In this document: positions 60,530-64,000 of the stretch, piece after piece
Position numbering within the stretch: the stretch's first letter is position 1
Layout: every line of letters starts with the position of its first letter
Assembly (NCBI GenBank): GCA_963847185.1
Contig: CAWJYV010000007.1
Span: 544,001 to 608,000 of the forward strand
DNA length: 64,000 bases
Direction: 5' to 3'
DNA from: an uncultured Methanosarcinaceae archaeon
Lineage (GTDB): Archaea > Halobacteriota > Methanosarcinia > Methanosarcinales > Methanosarcinaceae
Made by a program: the position numbers and the translations under genes
Notes under the pieces: generated by a model
Databases searched by the model: none
What the model was told of the DNA's origin: nothing
Seen by the model: only the letters and a program-made list of their open reading frames with translations

Positions 60530-61735
60530 TTAAGTCCGCTTGAATATCTGCTTTGCTATGGTAACTCTCTCCTCCAGATCATGTCCTTCAAGTTCTTCCA
60601 CAGTGGATTCGAGAATCGTTGGTATGTCAAGGTGCTGGGGGCACTTTTCAAGGCACTTTCCACATTGTATGCACTGGGATGCAAATTCGGGCCCTCCGAC
60701 GGATAGGATGCCACCCAACCTTGCAGCATAGAGGAACATTGCCTCGTCTGCATTGCCGGCCAGGTATAGATGGTTGTAAGATTCGAAACATAATGGAATA
60801 TTCACCCCTGCTGGACAGGGCATACAGTATCCGCAGCCTGTACAACTTACTTTCATCAGTTCACGATACTTCTGCTCTACTTCCTTTATTAGCTGCAGTT
60901 CAGCTTCAGTCAGAGAATCTGGGTATGCTTTGTCTGCTACTGCAATGTTTTCCTCAATGTGGGTTTCCTCATTCATCCCGGAGAGGACAACCGTGACCTC
61001 CTGGTGGTTCCATACCCAGCGAAGAGCCCATTCCGCTGGCGTACGTTTTACAGTTGCTTCGTTCCAGATTGTTTCAACAGCAGGAGGCACGGTTTTTGTC
61101 AGGTTCCCTCCGCGGAGTGGCTCCATAATGATTACGCCAAGTCCCTTTGAAGCTGCATATTCCAAACCCTTGGTACCTGCCTGGTTCTTTTCGTCCAGGA
61201 AATTGTACTGAATCTGACAAAAGTCCCAATCATAGGCGTCCACTATCCGATTAAAATCCTCTCCAGAGCCATGGAAGGAAAAACCTGCGTTAATTATACG
61301 GCCGTCAGCTTTGGCTTTGTCAAGGAAATCAGCTACACCCAGCTTTTTAATATTGTCCCACAGTTCGCCAACGAGAGCGTGGATGAGGTAATAGTCGATG
61401 TGGTCTGTTTTGAGTTTCTCCAGCTGAGCATTCAAGAACTTATCCATATCCTTCCGGCTCTCTATAAGCCAGGAAGGCAGTTTTGTTGCGAGTTTTACCT
61501 TTTCTCGATATCCATCAGCAAGAGCACGACCTAAGAAAGGCTCGCTCTGTTCCATGTGATAGGGCCAGGCCGTATCAACATAGTTTACTCCCCGGTCGAT
61601 TGCATAGCGTACCTGGTTAGTGGCTCTTTCTTCATCTATACTACCGTCTTCTTTTACTGGGAGACGCATGCATCCGAACCCAAGTATAGAAAGCTCGTCT
61701 CCGTTCTTAGGCATTTTTCTGTACAGCATTTTCAT
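60530..61735 (-). CDS. Aldo/keto reductase with a C-terminal Fe-S domain
   Basis: LGFGCMRLP, DTAWPYH, LATKLP, CTGCGYCMPCP, CIQCGKCLEKCPQ. Confidence 0.9.
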   Translation of the reverse strand: MKMLYRKMPKNGDELSILGFGCMRLPVKEDGSIDEERATNQVRYAIDRGVNYVDTAWPYHMEQSEPFLGRALADGYREKVKLATKLPSWLIESRKDMDKFLNAQLEKLKTDHIDYYLIHALVGELWDNIKKLGVADFLDKAKADGRIINAGFSFHGSGEDFNRIVDAYDWDFCQIQYNFLDEKNQAGTKGLEYAASKGLGVIIMEPLRGGNLTKTVPPAVETIWNEATVKRTPAEWALRWVWNHQEVTVVLSGMNEETHIEENIAVADKAYPDSLTEAELQLIKEVEQKYRELMKVSCTGCGYCMPCPAGVNIPLCFESYNHLYLAGNADEAMFLYAARLGGILSVGGPEFASQCIQCGKCLEKCPQHLDIPTILESTVEELEGHDLEERVTIAKQIFKRT

Positions 61736-61828
61736 TCACCTGGTTTCTTCAAACTATTTTTTTGTATTTTGGTATGATTTTCTGATTGGCCGGATATTCT
61801 GAGGCAAGTTAGTCTATTAATTACCATA

Positions 61829-61850
61829 TATGAGTGAGCAGTCACTCATA
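61829..61850. promoter_or_regulatory. Putative TetR operator upstream of the aldo/keto reductase
   Basis: TATGAGTGA-GCAG-TCACTCATA, perfect 9-bp inverted repeat. Confidence 0.6.
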
Positions 61851-61866
61851 ATTAGAATGAAAAAAA

Positions 61867-62445
61867 TTAGTTTTTAGCTAGACCTCTCCATATTATCTGG
61901 AATCCGTCCTCTATAATCTTGTTTTCATCCTGAGAGGGGTCAGAATCGAGGATAAGGTTCACTACTGCCCTGCTACCCTGATAAAACATTGAAATGGTCA
62001 GCTCCGCGGAAAAATCTCTGATCTCTCCCGTTTTTATTCCTTCATCCACAAGCTTATGGAGGAAAACATATTCTTTCATTACTTCTTCACGCGTAAATTT
62101 TGTTATGTAAGGGGATGAACAGAATAGACCGACAAAAAGGAATTCCTCCTGATTGTCTACCCCCCATCTGACTAAATTTGACCATATTTTTCTTAATTTT
62201 CCCTGAAATATATTCTCAGCTTCTATATCTTTCCCCATAGCTTGGCTTAATTCTCCTTTTACCTCAAAATACAGGTTATTGATAAGATCTTCTTTTGTAG
62301 GAAAATAGTTGAAAAGGGTACCTGTGGCTACACCTGCTTCTTTTGAAATCTGGGCAGTGGATGTACCGTGGAAGCCTCTTTCAGTGAAAAGCTTCAGGGC
62401 TGCTTCCATAATAGCTGTTTTCTTGTCTTTGACCTGTTCTTTCAT
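61867..62445 (-). CDS. TetR/AcrR family transcriptional regulator
   Basis: AALKLFTERGFHGTSTAQISKEAGVATGTLFNYFPTKEDL. Confidence 0.95.
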   Translation of the reverse strand: MKEQVKDKKTAIMEAALKLFTERGFHGTSTAQISKEAGVATGTLFNYFPTKEDLINNLYFEVKGELSQAMGKDIEAENIFQGKLRKIWSNLVRWGVDNQEEFLFVGLFCSSPYITKFTREEVMKEYVFLHKLVDEGIKTGEIRDFSAELTISMFYQGSRAVVNLILDSDPSQDENKIIEDGFQIIWRGLAKN

Positions 62446-62459
62446 GCGTTATCTCTGTT

Positions 62460-62477
62460 ACTGACTGATTAGTCAGT
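62460..62477. promoter_or_regulatory. Putative TetR autoregulatory operator
   Basis: ACTGACT-GATT-AGTCAGT inverted repeat ~15 nt upstream of the TetR ATG. Confidence 0.6.
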
Positions 62478-62707
62478 TAGGTTGTACTATTACGTTGTTA
62501 AATAAATAGTTTATGATTCTTTTTCTCTATCTCAGGATTTTATCATATTATGCTATAGTTTCTTTAGTCTTGTTATGAGGTAGAACTATGAGTCTAATCT
62601 TGAAAAATATGTAAAGTATATTTAAGAAAAGAATTATATAAAAACACAGCATTCTAAAGAAATATACTAATAAAGGAATTATAAGAGATCAATGGGGGAA
62701 GCGGGAG

Positions 62708-63907
62708 ATGGAAGAAAAAATTGGATATATTGATAGTCTGAGGGGTATTGCAGCTTTAGTTGTCGTAATATGCCACTTTGTAACCAGTTTTTACCCCACT
62801 TTTTATAAGGTTAGTTTTACAGACACTTCTTTTACCAGGCTGGAATTCCTCCTGAGAGAAACACCATTAAATATTTTTTATAATGGGGGTTTTGCAGTAT
62901 ATGTGTTTTTTGTTCTCAGCGGCTATGTATTAACATATAAATATTTTCAGAAAAAGGACGATATGATAATCGTAAGTGGGGCAGTTCGCCGGTATTTCAG
63001 GCTTCTGGGACCAATTCTCATCTCAATTCTCGCATCATATCTACTATTATCTCTTGGTTTAATGTATAATAAGCAAGCTGGATCTATCATAGGTTCGGAC
63101 TGGTTCAGTAATTTTTATCCTTTCAATCCCAATCTAAAGAACGCATTATGGCAGGCTTTCCATGACATACTTTTGGTCGGCGTGTATGGAAATAGTTCTT
63201 ACAATCCTGTACTTTGGACAATGAACGTTGAGTTTATAGGAAGTTTTTTGATATTCTCCCTGGCTCTACTTATTAACAAAGTAAAAAATAGTTATCCTTT
63301 GTATCTTCTTGCCCTTTTTTTCACAATAAACACTTATTATATGTGCTTTATTTTTGGTATGTTCCTTGCAGACACTTATAATAGTGAGAAGAAGGATTCG
63401 TTTCGGATAAGTAATAAAAATGTATCTACATTTATCCTGCTCGCGGGCTTGTTTTTGGGAAGTTATATCCAAAATTCAAATAATCCGGTTTATCAAATAA
63501 TGACTCTTAATATACTGCCTGAAAATAGAAATTTCTATTGTTCAGCCGGTGCCGCCCTCCTGCTCTTAGGGCTGCTCAATCTGAAGAATCTGCAAGAAAT
63601 CCTATCTCACCGTGCACTGGTCTTTGTAGGTTCACTATCTTTTAGTTTGTATGTTGTACACTGGCTCGTTATTACAAGCTATTCAAGCTGGCAATTTATT
63701 CAATTAGCTCCTTATATGCCGTATTTTTCGGCTTTTCTTTTAACTTTTTTACTTTCGATGGTATTAATTTTCTCACTCAGTTATCTGATGTATTATTTTG
63801 TGGATTTAAACAGCATAAAATTGTCAAAGTCCTTCTATAACATGCTCAATCCTAAAGCATCAATAAGTTTGGAACACAAACTTACGAACACTGCAAAAGG
63901 GGAGTGA
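62708..63907 (+). CDS. Acyltransferase family 3 protein
   Basis: IDSLRGIAALVVVICH, FFVLSGYVL, LWTMNVEF, SFSLYVVH. Confidence 0.9.
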   Translation: MEEKIGYIDSLRGIAALVVVICHFVTSFYPTFYKVSFTDTSFTRLEFLLRETPLNIFYNGGFAVYVFFVLSGYVLTYKYFQKKDDMIIVSGAVRRYFRLLGPILISILASYLLLSLGLMYNKQAGSIIGSDWFSNFYPFNPNLKNALWQAFHDILLVGVYGNSSYNPVLWTMNVEFIGSFLIFSLALLINKVKNSYPLYLLALFFTINTYYMCFIFGMFLADTYNSEKKDSFRISNKNVSTFILLAGLFLGSYIQNSNNPVYQIMTLNILPENRNFYCSAGAALLLLGLLNLKNLQEILSHRALVFVGSLSFSLYVVHWLVITSYSSWQFIQLAPYMPYFSAFLLTFLLSMVLIFSLSYLMYYFVDLNSIKLSKSFYNMLNPKASISLEHKLTNTAKGE

Positions 63908-64000
63908 GAAATAAATTGAATGTGAGTTATACGGGCACGAAATTACTAAAGCACTCACTAACAGGGGACGTGTTTGGAATAATATTTTAATTCGGAGTGC

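Noticed and set aside
1-64000. tRNA/rRNA genes, integrases, defence systems
   Set aside because: None recognised by eye; a tRNAscan-SE/Infernal run would be needed to exclude them formally.

Overview
Archaeal DNA, most likely a Methanosarcina-type methanogen. This is inferred from disaggregatase-like proteins, GGTGA/GGAGG ribosome-binding sites, long AT-rich intergenic regions and the ferredoxin-asd-larCB neighbourhood. Roughly 1-52 kb is a large cell-surface polysaccharide/glycosylation locus. It holds ugd, galU, an epimerase, a WbpA/B/E/D-like diacetamido-sugar pathway, two Wzx flippases, many GT2/GT4 glycosyltransferases, a PssD/PssE pair, two deacetylases, acyl-, acetyl- and pyruvyl-transferases, an FrhB-like Fe-S protein and two secreted beta-helix (disaggregatase-like) proteins. 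About 52-64 kb holds housekeeping and other genes. The most interesting signal is a module present twice: a GT-C-like polytopic protein plus DPM-like GT2, divergent from DUF1616 plus a CPBP intramembrane protease. The locus also encodes two paralogous ~97-aa two-helix membrane proteins. Together these may form an undescribed protein-anchored glycan sorting/processing system; this is inference. Also seen: three kinds of miniature IS-derived elements, a dispersed hairpin repeat family, a frameshifted membrane gene, a probable CTG start, a GT2 lacking its DxD motif and a candidate ~195-nt structured sRNA. All family assignments come from motif recognition by eye; no searches were run.
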